Assembly (NCBI GenBank): GCA_001657395.1
Contig: LYSY01000012.1
Span: 18,909-82,908, forward strand
From: Rhodospirillales bacterium BBD 1991-14
Lineage (GTDB): Bacteria > Pseudomonadota > Alphaproteobacteria > Kiloniellales > Kiloniellaceae
Length of the DNA stretch: 64,000 nucleotides
Reading direction: 5' to 3'
Part shown: positions 9,291-18,194 of the stretch, in pieces
Layout: every line of letters starts with the position of its first letter
Numbering within the stretch: the first letter of the stretch is position 1
Notes under the pieces: model-generated
Databases searched by the model: none
What the model was told of the DNA's origin: nothing
The model's input: only the letters and a program-made list of their open reading frames with translations
Made by a program: the position numbers and the translations under genes

Positions 9291-10370
9291 ATGAAGCGCT
9301 TTTTCACGACGGCATCGACGGCCGCCCTGGCCGTGGCACTGGGTGCAGGGGCTATGGGCACCTTGGGCCTGGGGGCAGGGGCCGCCCTGGCCGCGGACAA
9401 GATCGTCATCTCCAACTGGGACGGCTACATGCCCAAGGACCTGCCGGAGAAGTTCAAGGCGGAGACCGGCATCGAAGTGGAGGTCGCCCTCCACGCGACC
9501 AATGAGGAGATCATGGGCAAGGTCGTGGCCGGCAAGGGCAAGGGCTACGACGTGCTCTTCGTGTCCTCGCCCTTCGCGGAGGTCCTGAACAAGCTCGATC
9601 TTTCGGCGCCGATCGATCACGCGAAGGTGCCGAACTTCGCCAATCTCTACCCGGAAGCGGCCAGCCTGGAATACGACCCGGGCAACACCTTCTCAGCCCC
9701 CTACGCCTGGGGCACCACCGGCCTCTGCTACCGCTCCGACCTGGTCGAGGGCACGCCGTCGAGCTGGAACGATCTCCTGAACCCGAGCGACGCCTTGAAG
9801 GGCAAGGTCACCATGCTGGCCACCGACCGCTGGCTGATGGCCGCCGGCATGCTGGCCAAGGGGTATTCGGTGAACGAAACCAGCCAGGCCAAGATCGACG
9901 AGGTGAAGTCCCAGCTCATCGAGACGAAGAAGGACCTGCTGGCTTACGACGACACCACCTTCTATTCGAAGCTGGTCTCTGGGGAGGCCAGCCTCGTCCA
10001 TGCCTGGGACGGCTGGTGCAACTACGGAATCGCCGAGAACGAAGACATCAAGTACGTCATCCCGCAGGAGGGGACGGACCTCTGGGTCGACACCATGGTG
10101 ATCACCGCGGCCTCGGAAAACAAAGACGCTGCGCACGAGTTCATCAACTACATTCTCAGCGCCGACAACGGCAAGTGGGTGGCCGAGAACATCCTCTACA
10201 AGGTGCCCAACAAGGCGGCCATGGAGGCCCTGGACAGCGGCTTGCTGGCAAGCTTTCCCAATCTCGACATGGCGCCGGCCGATATGATGAAGCAGGAACA
10301 GCTCCGCGATCTCGGCTCCGCCCAGAAGGCCTACACCAAGGCCGTCACGGAGATCACGGCGTCGAACTGA
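9291..10370 (+). CDS. potD: Polyamine (spermidine/putrescine-type) ABC transporter substrate-binding protein
   Basis: Signal peptide, NWDGY, TNEE, GYDV, PYAWGTTG, EGTDLWVD. GGAGG SD precedes ATG 9291. Confidence 0.88.
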   Translation: MKRFFTTASTAALAVALGAGAMGTLGLGAGAALAADKIVISNWDGYMPKDLPEKFKAETGIEVEVALHATNEEIMGKVVAGKGKGYDVLFVSSPFAEVLNKLDLSAPIDHAKVPNFANLYPEAASLEYDPGNTFSAPYAWGTTGLCYRSDLVEGTPSSWNDLLNPSDALKGKVTMLATDRWLMAAGMLAKGYSVNETSQAKIDEVKSQLIETKKDLLAYDDTTFYSKLVSGEASLVHAWDGWCNYGIAENEDIKYVIPQEGTDLWVDTMVITAASENKDAAHEFINYILSADNGKWVAENILYKVPNKAAMEALDSGLLASFPNLDMAPADMMKQEQLRDLGSAQKAYTKAVTEITASN

Positions 10371-10472
10371 CCGGTACCGGACCGGAAGGCCGCCGCCGGG
10401 CTGCGTTGCGCCGCGCCCGGCGGCAGTCCTTTACCGTCCCTGATCCGCATCACCCTCGGTAGCATCGCCGTC

Positions 10473-11333
10473 ATGAACAGCCAACGCAGATCGCTTGTTC
10501 TGGCCCTGCCCGGTCTCGGCTGGCTGACGGTCTTCATGATCGTTCCCTGTCTGATCGTCTTTTTCTTCAGCTTCTTCGAGCGCGGCGTCTATGGCGGGAT
10601 CGAATACAGCTTCGGCTTCGACAACTTTCTGCGTGCCGCCGAGCCCATCTATCTCTCGATCTTTCTCGGCTCGGCGCGCATTGCCGGCCTGGCCACCCTG
10701 ATTGCGGTGGTCATCGCCTATCCGGCCGCCTATGCCATCTCGCTGGCCCGCAAGGACCGGCAGAACACCTATCTGTTCCTGGTCATGCTGCCGTTCTGGA
10801 GCAACTATCTGATCCGCACCTATGCCTGGATCGTCCTGCTGAACCGCGAAGGCCTGATCAACAAGGCGCTCGCCGGCGCCGGCATCATCACCGAGCCGCT
10901 GCCCATTCTGTACAACGACTTCGCGGTGGTCACGGGGCTGGTCTACAACTACCTGCCATTCGTCATCCTGGCGATCTACGCCTCGCTGCAGCGCCTCAAT
11001 CCGGAACTGCGGGAAGCGTCGACGGATCTGGGGGCTCCGGCCTGGGTGACGTTTCTTCGCGTGACCCTGCCGCTGACCCTGCCGGGCGTAGCCGCCGGCG
11101 CGGTCTTTGTCTTCGTGCTCTCCATCGGGAACTTCATCACGCCCGATCTGCTGGGCGGGGGGCGCATCCAGATGGTCGGCAACCTGATCTACGATCAGTT
11201 CCTGTCCGCGCGCGACTGGCCCTTCGGCGCCGCGCTGTCGCTGATCCTGATCTTCATCATGATGCTGCTGCTGTTCACCCAGGCGGTCCTCGTCAACCGG
11301 GCCCAGCAGGCCAGGGCTGCGCCCGATGGCTAG
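10473..11333 (+). CDS. potB: Polyamine ABC permease
   Basis: LPFWSNYLIRTYAW, EASTDLGA (EAA loop), DWPFGAA. Confidence 0.9.
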   Translation: MNSQRRSLVLALPGLGWLTVFMIVPCLIVFFFSFFERGVYGGIEYSFGFDNFLRAAEPIYLSIFLGSARIAGLATLIAVVIAYPAAYAISLARKDRQNTYLFLVMLPFWSNYLIRTYAWIVLLNREGLINKALAGAGIITEPLPILYNDFAVVTGLVYNYLPFVILAIYASLQRLNPELREASTDLGAPAWVTFLRVTLPLTLPGVAAGAVFVFVLSIGNFITPDLLGGGRIQMVGNLIYDQFLSARDWPFGAALSLILIFIMMLLLFTQAVLVNRAQQARAAPDG

Positions 11334-12114
11334 GGCGGCAATCGCACAGCGGGCGCTGGCTGCCCATCTGGCCCTGACCTACGGGTTTCTCTACGGCCCC
11401 ATCCTGGTGCTGATGGTTCTCAGCTTCAACCGGGCCGGCCTGCCGACGGCCTGGACCGGGTTTTCGCTCGACTGGTACGTCACCCTGGCAGAGAGCCCGG
11501 AGATTCTGGCCGCCGCCCTCAACACCATCATCGTGGCGGTCGTTTCGACCGCCATCGCCACCACGCTGGGGACACTGCTGGCGCTGGGGGTGGAGCGGCG
11601 CCGGCAGTCGAACGCGGTCGATGCGCTGCTGTTCGCGCCGATGATCATTCCCGATATCGTGCTGGCCATCGCGCTGCTGTCGTTCTTCACCCTGCTGGAG
11701 GTGACTCTCGGCCTGCATTCCATCATTCTTTCGCACGTGGTGTTCAACATAGCCTTCGTCTGCGCGGTGGTGCGCACGCGCCTGAAGCATTTCGACTATG
11801 CCATTGTCGAGGCCTCCATCGACCTCGGTGCGGACCGCTTCACCACCTTTCGCCGGGTCACGCTGCCGGTGATCTTTCCGGGGGTACTGGCAGGTGCTCT
11901 GCTGGCTTTCACGCTTTCTTTCGACGAGTTCATCATCGCTTTCTTCACTGCCGGCGCCGGCGCCAGCTCGACGACGCTGCCGATGCGCATCTATTCGATG
12001 ATCCGCTTCGGCGTGACGCCGGAGATCAACGCCATGGCGACGATCATCATGCTGATCAGCTTCACGCTGGTGTTCTTCTCCCAGCGCCTCAACCGCGCAA
12101 CGGTGACCGACTGA
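11326..12114 (+). CDS. potC: Polyamine ABC permease
   Basis: FLYGPI..L..LSFN, EASIDLGA, FTLSFDEF, GVTPEINA. Confidence 0.9.
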   Translation: MARAAIAQRALAAHLALTYGFLYGPILVLMVLSFNRAGLPTAWTGFSLDWYVTLAESPEILAAALNTIIVAVVSTAIATTLGTLLALGVERRRQSNAVDALLFAPMIIPDIVLAIALLSFFTLLEVTLGLHSIILSHVVFNIAFVCAVVRTRLKHFDYAIVEASIDLGADRFTTFRRVTLPVIFPGVLAGALLAFTLSFDEFIIAFFTAGAGASSTTLPMRIYSMIRFGVTPEINAMATIIMLISFTLVFFSQRLNRATVTD

Positions 12115-13220
12115 TGGCGGGCGGGACGGTCATCTCCCTGCAAGGGGTCACCAAGCGCTTCGGCGGGCTGACGGCGGTCGACGGCGTCTCCGTGGACCTG
12201 GCGGAGGGGGAGTTTTTCGCCCTCCTGGGCCCCTCGGGCTGCGGCAAGACGACCCTGCTGCGCATGGTCGCCGGCTTCGAGGAACCGGACGAAGGCGCGA
12301 TCCTTCTGGACGGCCAGGACATGGCGCGGCTCGGCGCCAACCGGCGGCCCATCAACCTGATGTTCCAGTCCTACGCTCTGTTCCCGCACATGGACGTGCG
12401 CCGGAACATCTCCTACGGGCTGGAGATGGAGCGGCTCGCCAAGGGGGAGATCGCCCGCAGGGTCGATGAAATCCTCGAACAGACCCAGCTCTCGGCCCTG
12501 GCCCACCGCAAGCCGGCCCAGCTCTCCGGCGGCCAGCGGCAGCGCGTGGCGCTGGCCCGTGCCCTGATCAAGCGGCCGCGGGTGCTGCTTCTGGACGAGC
12601 CCCTGGGCGCCCTCGACAAGAAGCTGCGCGAACAGATGCAGCTCGAACTGAAGCGGCTCCAGCACGAATTCGGCATCACCTTCGTGGTGGTCACCCACGA
12701 CCAGGAAGAGGCCCTGGTGCTGGCCGACCGCATCGCCCTGATGAACGGCGGGCGCATCGTTCAACTGGACGCCCCGCGGGCGCTCTACGAGGAGCCCCGG
12801 ACCCGCTTTGCCGCCCAGTTCATCGGCCTGACCAACCTCTTCGAGGGCCGGGCCGTGGCGGGCGGCATCGAGATCGCCGGCCTGGGGCCGCTCCAGGCGG
12901 CCTGCGATCTGCAGGCGGGATCCGCCTGCGCGCTTTCCGTACGGCCGGAGCGCATCGTGCTCGCCAGGGGCAGAATGACGGAGGGCTACAACGCCGTCTC
13001 CGGCGAGATCACCGACATCGCCTACCTCGGCCAGAGCGAGAATCTTCTGGTCGCCGTGGACGGCTACGAGACGCCGCTTTCGGTGTGCGTCGCGCCAGAC
13101 AACCGGGCAGGCGCTCGGACGGACGACCGGACAGGCGACCGGGAAGCCCAGCGCCACCGTGTCGGCGAAACGGTGTGGTGCCATTGGCGGCCTGCGCACG
13201 GCCGTATCCTTACAGACTGA
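12114..13220 (+). CDS. potA: Polyamine ABC ATP-binding protein
   Basis: GPSGCGKT, FQSYALFPH, LSGGQRQR, LLLDEPL, C-terminal TOBE-like domain. Confidence 0.92.
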   Translation: MAGGTVISLQGVTKRFGGLTAVDGVSVDLAEGEFFALLGPSGCGKTTLLRMVAGFEEPDEGAILLDGQDMARLGANRRPINLMFQSYALFPHMDVRRNISYGLEMERLAKGEIARRVDEILEQTQLSALAHRKPAQLSGGQRQRVALARALIKRPRVLLLDEPLGALDKKLREQMQLELKRLQHEFGITFVVVTHDQEEALVLADRIALMNGGRIVQLDAPRALYEEPRTRFAAQFIGLTNLFEGRAVAGGIEIAGLGPLQAACDLQAGSACALSVRPERIVLARGRMTEGYNAVSGEITDIAYLGQSENLLVAVDGYETPLSVCVAPDNRAGARTDDRTGDREAQRHRVGETVWCHWRPAHGRILTD

Positions 13221-13238
13221 CCTTCCAGAGAGGATGCC

Positions 13239-14531
13239 ATGAGCAACAAAACGATCGCATTCTTCCCCGAGGCCGCCTTCGGCCCGGCCCTCAACTCGGT
13301 TGGCATCGCTCAGGCGGTCGAAAAGCTGGGGCACAAGGCCGTCTTCCTCTCGGACCCCGGCTTTGTCGAGGTTTATGAAGGCTACGGTTTCCAATGCCAT
13401 CCGGTGAACCTCTCCGAACCGATGCCGGCGGAAGAGATGGCGAAGTTCTGGGAGGACTTCATCAACGGGCACATTCCGAACTTTGCCAAGAGCCCGATCG
13501 ATCAGATCGACAACTACGTCAAGGAGTGCTGGGAAGCCATTGTGGACAGCGCCAAGTGGGCGGAGAAAGACCTGCCCGGCGTGCTGGAAAAGGTGCAGCC
13601 GGATGTGATCTGCGTCGACAACGTCATCCTCTTTCCGGCGATCAAGCGCTATGCGAAGGAGAACGGCAAACCCTGGGTGCGCATCATCTCCTGCTCCGAG
13701 AACGAGATCGAAGATCCGGCGATCCCGCCACATCTCTCGGGCTGCGGGGAGAAGGACAGCGACTGCCACGCCCGCTACCGTGCGCGGTTCAACGAGGTCA
13801 TCAAGCCGATCCATGACGATTTCAACGGCTTCCTCGAAAGCTGCGGAGAGGCGGCCTATCCCCTCGGCGAGTTCTTCGAAGCCTCCCCGCATATGAACTT
13901 CCTGCTCTATCCCGAACCGGTGCGCTTCGACCGCGCCCAGCCGCTCGATCCGGCGCGCTTTCAATACCTCGAGGGCTGCGTGCGCGAGGACGAGCCCTAC
14001 ACGGTGCCGACCTTCAAGGCGCACAACGACAAGCCGCTGCTCTATGTGAGCTTCGGTTCCCTCGGTGCCGGTGACACGGATCTCCTGAAGCGGCTGATCG
14101 CTGCCCTCTCGAAGCTGGAGCTGCGGGCGCTGGTGAATGTGGGCGACTACATGGCAGCCTACGACAGCGTGCCGGACAACGTGCATCTCGCGAGCTGGTA
14201 TCCCCAGCCCTCGGTCATTCCACAGGTCGATGCGGTGATCCATCACGGCGGCAACAACAGCTTCACGGAATGCCTTTACTTCGGCAAGCCGGCGATCATC
14301 ATGCCCTATGTCTGGGACGGTCACGACAACGCGACCCGGGTGCAGGAAACCGGTCACGGCTTCAAGCTTGACCGCTACCAGTGGACCGAGGAAGAGCTTG
14401 CGGAAAAGATCAAAGTCATGCTGAGCGATCCGGCGATGCGGGAAAGGCTGGATGCGACGGCCAGGCACTCCCAGGGGCAGCACGGTCCCAGCAAGGCGGC
14501 CGGCATTCTGGATCGTCTGGCGGCGGGGTGA
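13239..14531 (+). CDS. GT-B fold glycosyltransferase family 1 (MGT/UGT-like) protein
   Basis: YVSFGSLG and WYPQPSVIPQVDAVIHHGGNNSFTECLYFGKPAIIMPYVWDGHDNA, a UDP-sugar binding signature. Confidence 0.85.
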   Translation: MSNKTIAFFPEAAFGPALNSVGIAQAVEKLGHKAVFLSDPGFVEVYEGYGFQCHPVNLSEPMPAEEMAKFWEDFINGHIPNFAKSPIDQIDNYVKECWEAIVDSAKWAEKDLPGVLEKVQPDVICVDNVILFPAIKRYAKENGKPWVRIISCSENEIEDPAIPPHLSGCGEKDSDCHARYRARFNEVIKPIHDDFNGFLESCGEAAYPLGEFFEASPHMNFLLYPEPVRFDRAQPLDPARFQYLEGCVREDEPYTVPTFKAHNDKPLLYVSFGSLGAGDTDLLKRLIAALSKLELRALVNVGDYMAAYDSVPDNVHLASWYPQPSVIPQVDAVIHHGGNNSFTECLYFGKPAIIMPYVWDGHDNATRVQETGHGFKLDRYQWTEEELAEKIKVMLSDPAMRERLDATARHSQGQHGPSKAAGILDRLAAG

Positions 14532-14626
14532 GCCACGGTGAGGGCGGTCTTGTGCGCCCTCCCTGACGCTCCCTCTGCCGCAGGTTTTACTTGGTCTCTC
14601 ATTTGTTCTGAAAGGAACGCTGTACC

Positions 14627-14995
14627 TTGCCCACGAACCTCAGATCCTCGGCGCCGCACATCGCCGGAGCCTCCCGCTGGAAGGAAGAACTGGTCGACTG
14701 GGGCGGTCACTTGGAGCCTATCGACGGCAAGTCGACCAATGCCGGACGCCTGCTCTGGAAGGGGGAGCGCGACGGGCTGCCGGAGGCCGGCATTTGGGAC
14801 TGTACGCCGGGGAGCTGGCGGCTCGAACTGCCGCGCGACGAGCTCTGCCACTTCGTCTCCGGCCGTGCCACCTACAGTCGGGACGACGGCGAGGTGATCG
14901 AAGTGGCCCCCGGCACCGTCGTGCACTTTCGCGAAGGCTGGACCGGTACCGTCACGGTGCATGAAACCATCCGCAGCATCTATATGCTGCGTTGA
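14627..14995 (+). CDS. Cupin_3 (DUF861/EutQ-like) protein
   Basis: GIWDCTPG...ELCHFVSG...GWTG...ETIRSIY. TTG start follows GAAAGGA. Confidence 0.82.
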   Translation: MPTNLRSSAPHIAGASRWKEELVDWGGHLEPIDGKSTNAGRLLWKGERDGLPEAGIWDCTPGSWRLELPRDELCHFVSGRATYSRDDGEVIEVAPGTVVHFREGWTGTVTVHETIRSIYMLR

Positions 14996-15009
14996 TCGAG
15001 GACCCTGCG

Positions 15010-15384
15010 ATGAGCCATGCGAACAAGGACAAGAGCCAGACTGCGACCCCGGTGATGCGCGATCCCAGGTCTGTTGGGGAAACGGTCGACTGGGGTCTTG
15101 TCCCGACGATGATCGAAGGCGAGAGCCGGACCTCCGGGAAGCTGCTGTACAAAGGGCCCGGGGGCAGCCCGGAGTCCGGTATATGGATCTGCACGCCGGG
15201 CTATTGGGACTGCCACGTCACTGCCGACGAGCTGTGCCACTTCCTGGAGGGGCGCTGCACCTATACCCACGAGTCCGGCGACGTGATCGAGATCGAGCCG
15301 GATACCGCCGCCTTCTTCCCGGCCGGCTGGAAAGGCACCTGCCGGGTGCATGAAACGGTGCGGAAAGTCTACATGATCCGATGA
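15010..15384 (+). CDS. Cupin_3 (DUF861/EutQ-like) protein, paralog of the preceding gene
   Basis: GIWICTPG...ELCHFLEG...GWKG...ETVRKVY. Confidence 0.85.
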   Translation: MSHANKDKSQTATPVMRDPRSVGETVDWGLVPTMIEGESRTSGKLLYKGPGGSPESGIWICTPGYWDCHVTADELCHFLEGRCTYTHESGDVIEIEPDTAAFFPAGWKGTCRVHETVRKVYMIR

Positions 15385-15445
15385 GGCGGTCGTTGCAGAG
15401 CCGCCTGCGCCCCGCAGCGCCCCCAACCAAGTGGACTGTGCAGCC

Positions 15446-16954
15446 ATGAGTTTCGATCCGAACCAGCCCTCCTTCTTCATCACGCCCGCCTACATCAGCG
15501 CAAGCGGCGACCCCTTGACGGTGACGGACCCGGCGACGCTGGAGCCGGTCGGCGTCATTGCCGAAGCTTCCGAGGCGGAGCGCGAAAGGGCCCTCGATGC
15601 GGCGCAGGCGGCGCAGCGCCGGTGGAAGCGCGTCGATGCCAAGACCCGGTCCCAGGTTTTGCATCGAATCGCCAATGCCATCGAGGGCCGCGACATGCGC
15701 CGCTGCGCCGAACTGATGTCGCGGGAGATGGGCAAACCCTATCCGGAAGCGATCGGGGAGATCGCCAACTGTGCCGGCGCCTTCCGCTACTTCGCGGAGA
15801 TGGCGCGCGACGAGGCGGGCAAGGTGGCGGGGACGACGCAGACGGGGTCTTTCCAGTTTGCCCGCTACGAGCCGCTGGGCGTCAGCGTCCACATCATGCC
15901 CTTCAATTTCCCGATCCTGCTGATGTGCTGGACCGTGGCGGCGTCGCTGGCCGCCGGCAACGCCTGCGTCGTCAAACCCGCGCTGGCGACGACACTCTCG
16001 ACCCTGGAATTCATGCCGGTCTTCGAGGCCTTGCCGGAGGGGCTGATCTGCTGCCTGCCCGGCGGTGCGGAGCCGGCGCAGGCGCTGATCGCGTCCCCGA
16101 AAACACAGGCCGTGGCCTTCACCGGCTCGGTGGCGGCGGCCAAGGCCGTGGCCACGGCGGCGGCGGCACAGATGAAGCCGGCGGTGATCGAGGCCGGGGG
16201 CAGCGATGCCATGATCGTCAGCGCCAAGGCCCCTCTGGAGGTCGCGGCCAGCGGTGCGGTGACCGCGGCCTTTCACATGTCCGGTCAGGTCTGCACCTCC
16301 GCCGAGCGGTTTTTCGTGGTGGATGCCGTCCACGACGCCTTTCTGGACGCCTTCGTCGCCGCTGCGAAGCGGCTGCGCATCGGCAACGGACTGGCGAAAG
16401 CGGAGATCGGGCCCCTGGTCAGCGAGGCCGCGCGCGACAAGGTCATGGCGCTGGTAGAGGACGCGCTCGGCAAAGGCGCCCTGCTTGCGCTCGGCGGCAA
16501 GGTTCCCGATGACCAGCCGTTGGGCTGGTTCTACGAGCCGACCATACTGACCGGCGTGACGGCGGAGATGGCGGTGATGCAGGAGGAGTGCTTCGGCCCG
16601 GTGGCATCGGTCTGCCGTGTCGCCGACTTCGACGAGGCCCTGGAGCGCGCCAACGACAGCCGCTTCGGGCTCGGCGCCTCGGTCTTCACCACCAGCCTGG
16701 AGGAGGCGATGGAGGCCGCCGAGCGCCTCGAGGCCGGGATGGTCTGGGTGAACAATCCGCTGATCGACAACGACGCCCTGCCGTTCGGCGGCTGGAAGAT
16801 GTCGGGCCTGGGCCGGGAACTGAGCCGGCTCGGGCTGGACGCCTTCCGCCGCTCCAAGATGGTGGTCATCGACCACAAGCCGGCCGTGCAGGACTGGTGG
16901 TACCCCTATCCGGACGACTGGTTCTACGAGAGCGGCGGCCGCAGCCACGTCTAG
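15446..16954 (+). CDS. NAD(P)-dependent aldehyde dehydrogenase
   Basis: PFNFP, FTGS, catalytic Glu (EAGG), catalytic Cys (GQVC), EECFGP, PFGGWKMSG. Confidence 0.95.
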   Translation: MSFDPNQPSFFITPAYISASGDPLTVTDPATLEPVGVIAEASEAERERALDAAQAAQRRWKRVDAKTRSQVLHRIANAIEGRDMRRCAELMSREMGKPYPEAIGEIANCAGAFRYFAEMARDEAGKVAGTTQTGSFQFARYEPLGVSVHIMPFNFPILLMCWTVAASLAAGNACVVKPALATTLSTLEFMPVFEALPEGLICCLPGGAEPAQALIASPKTQAVAFTGSVAAAKAVATAAAAQMKPAVIEAGGSDAMIVSAKAPLEVAASGAVTAAFHMSGQVCTSAERFFVVDAVHDAFLDAFVAAAKRLRIGNGLAKAEIGPLVSEAARDKVMALVEDALGKGALLALGGKVPDDQPLGWFYEPTILTGVTAEMAVMQEECFGPVASVCRVADFDEALERANDSRFGLGASVFTTSLEEAMEAAERLEAGMVWVNNPLIDNDALPFGGWKMSGLGRELSRLGLDAFRRSKMVVIDHKPAVQDWWYPYPDDWFYESGGRSHV

Positions 16955-17105
16955 AGCAGATCCGCGTTTGATGGAATCGGCCCCATCGTCATTTAGGGGG
17001 GCGATCCATAAGCCGGTGAATCTGCTCTACCACTTTGAAATAGAGCGGATTCACATGTTTAGACGGAAACCCGAAGTGTTTCCGTCTAAACATGATCCGC
17101 TCTAG
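16951..17105. mobile_element. 155-bp non-autonomous palindromic element (MITE/RIME-like) bounded by CTAG
   Basis: Terminal inverted repeats CTAGAGCAGATC / GATCCGCTCTAG. Internal hairpins at 17016-17054 and a perfect 17-bp stem at 17054-17094. Lower GC than the flanks. Confidence 0.75.
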
Positions 17106-17153
17106 GTCAGCGCCTCGTCTTCGGCCCTTCTTGCCTCTTCCGCGGTACGGACA

Positions 17154-18194
17154 TCAGATCGCCGCGATGATCGTCTGTACCGGGCTGACGTAGCGCGGCG
17201 GCTTCACGGTGACCACCGAGCAGTCGACGCTGTTGAGGATGTCCTCGGCGGTGTTGCCGATGATGAATCCGGGCACGCCGGTGCGCGCAATGCTGCCCAT
17301 GACGAGGAGGTCGGCCTTCAGCGCCTCGACCTGCATGGGAATGACGCTGCGCGCCTGGCCACGTTCCAGACGAAAGCGAAAAGTGATGCGCTCCGAATCC
17401 TCCGGACCGATCCAGGCGCGGGCCTGCTCGGCCAGCGCGGCGAGGGCGTTCCAGTGGGTGGCGCGCAGCTCGCTGGTATAGGCCTCCGCCGCATGCTCAG
17501 CCTCGTTTCCGCCGGCCCAGAGGCGCACCAGCCCCTCGCCGGGCGCGTCCCAGACATGGAGAAGATAGAGTTCCCCCTGTGCCGCTGCGGCGACTCGGCC
17601 CGCGACCTCAAGAATGCGGCGGTTCAGGCCGGCCAGGGTGGTCGGCTCGCCCGCAGAGGCGGCATCCACGTCGACAGCCGCGATCACCGTCTTGGCCGGT
17701 GTTGCGGCAGGGCCGTTGTGCAGCCAGACCGGGCAGGGGCACTTGCGCAGCAGGTGCTGGTCGGTGCTGGCGAACGCGAGGCGCGCCGCCCCGGGGAGCC
17801 GTTCGGCAGTTTTGAGGAGAAGGTCGACGTTTTCGGCGATCACGTGGCGGACGATCTCCAGAAACGGCTTGCCCACACGAAGGACGAGGACGGACTGCGG
17901 ATCGAGGGCCGCGCTGCCGATCAGGTTTTCCAGCGCCGCGCGGTACTCCTTCAGCCGGCGCTCTTCGATCTCCCGTGCCGAGACACCGGCGGCGCGGGCG
18001 ACACGATCGATCTCCGGCAGCGGCTCGAGGACGCCCAGGACCGTGAGGCGGGCGCCCCAGGCCGCGGCCAGCCCGGCAGCATTTTGCAGGAGGGCGCGGT
18101 CGCCGCCGTCCGCTCCGCAGACCATGAGGACATGCCGCGGTGCGACGGGAGCCTCCTGGCCATTCTGGAGGGCCATCGGATTGTCTTCGGTCAT
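17154..18194 (-). CDS. Universal stress protein with tandem UspA domains (UspE-like)
   Basis: STDQHLLRKCPCPVW and ADLLVMGSIARTGVPGFIIGNTAEDIL. Confidence 0.92.
   Translation of the reverse strand: MTEDNPMALQNGQEAPVAPRHVLMVCGADGGDRALLQNAAGLAAAWGARLTVLGVLEPLPEIDRVARAAGVSAREIEERRLKEYRAALENLIGSAALDPQSVLVLRVGKPFLEIVRHVIAENVDLLLKTAERLPGAARLAFASTDQHLLRKCPCPVWLHNGPAATPAKTVIAAVDVDAASAGEPTTLAGLNRRILEVAGRVAAAAQGELYLLHVWDAPGEGLVRLWAGGNEAEHAAEAYTSELRATHWNALAALAEQARAWIGPEDSERITFRFRLERGQARSVIPMQVEALKADLLVMGSIARTGVPGFIIGNTAEDILNSVDCSVVTVKPPRYVSPVQTIIAAI

Noticed and set aside
11991..14483. Long antisense and alternate-frame ORFs (e.g. 11991-14483 -, 18140-20113 +, 40593-42914 +, 50514-53036 -)
   Set aside because: These are shadow ORFs of real genes, typical of high-GC DNA, with no recognisable motifs.
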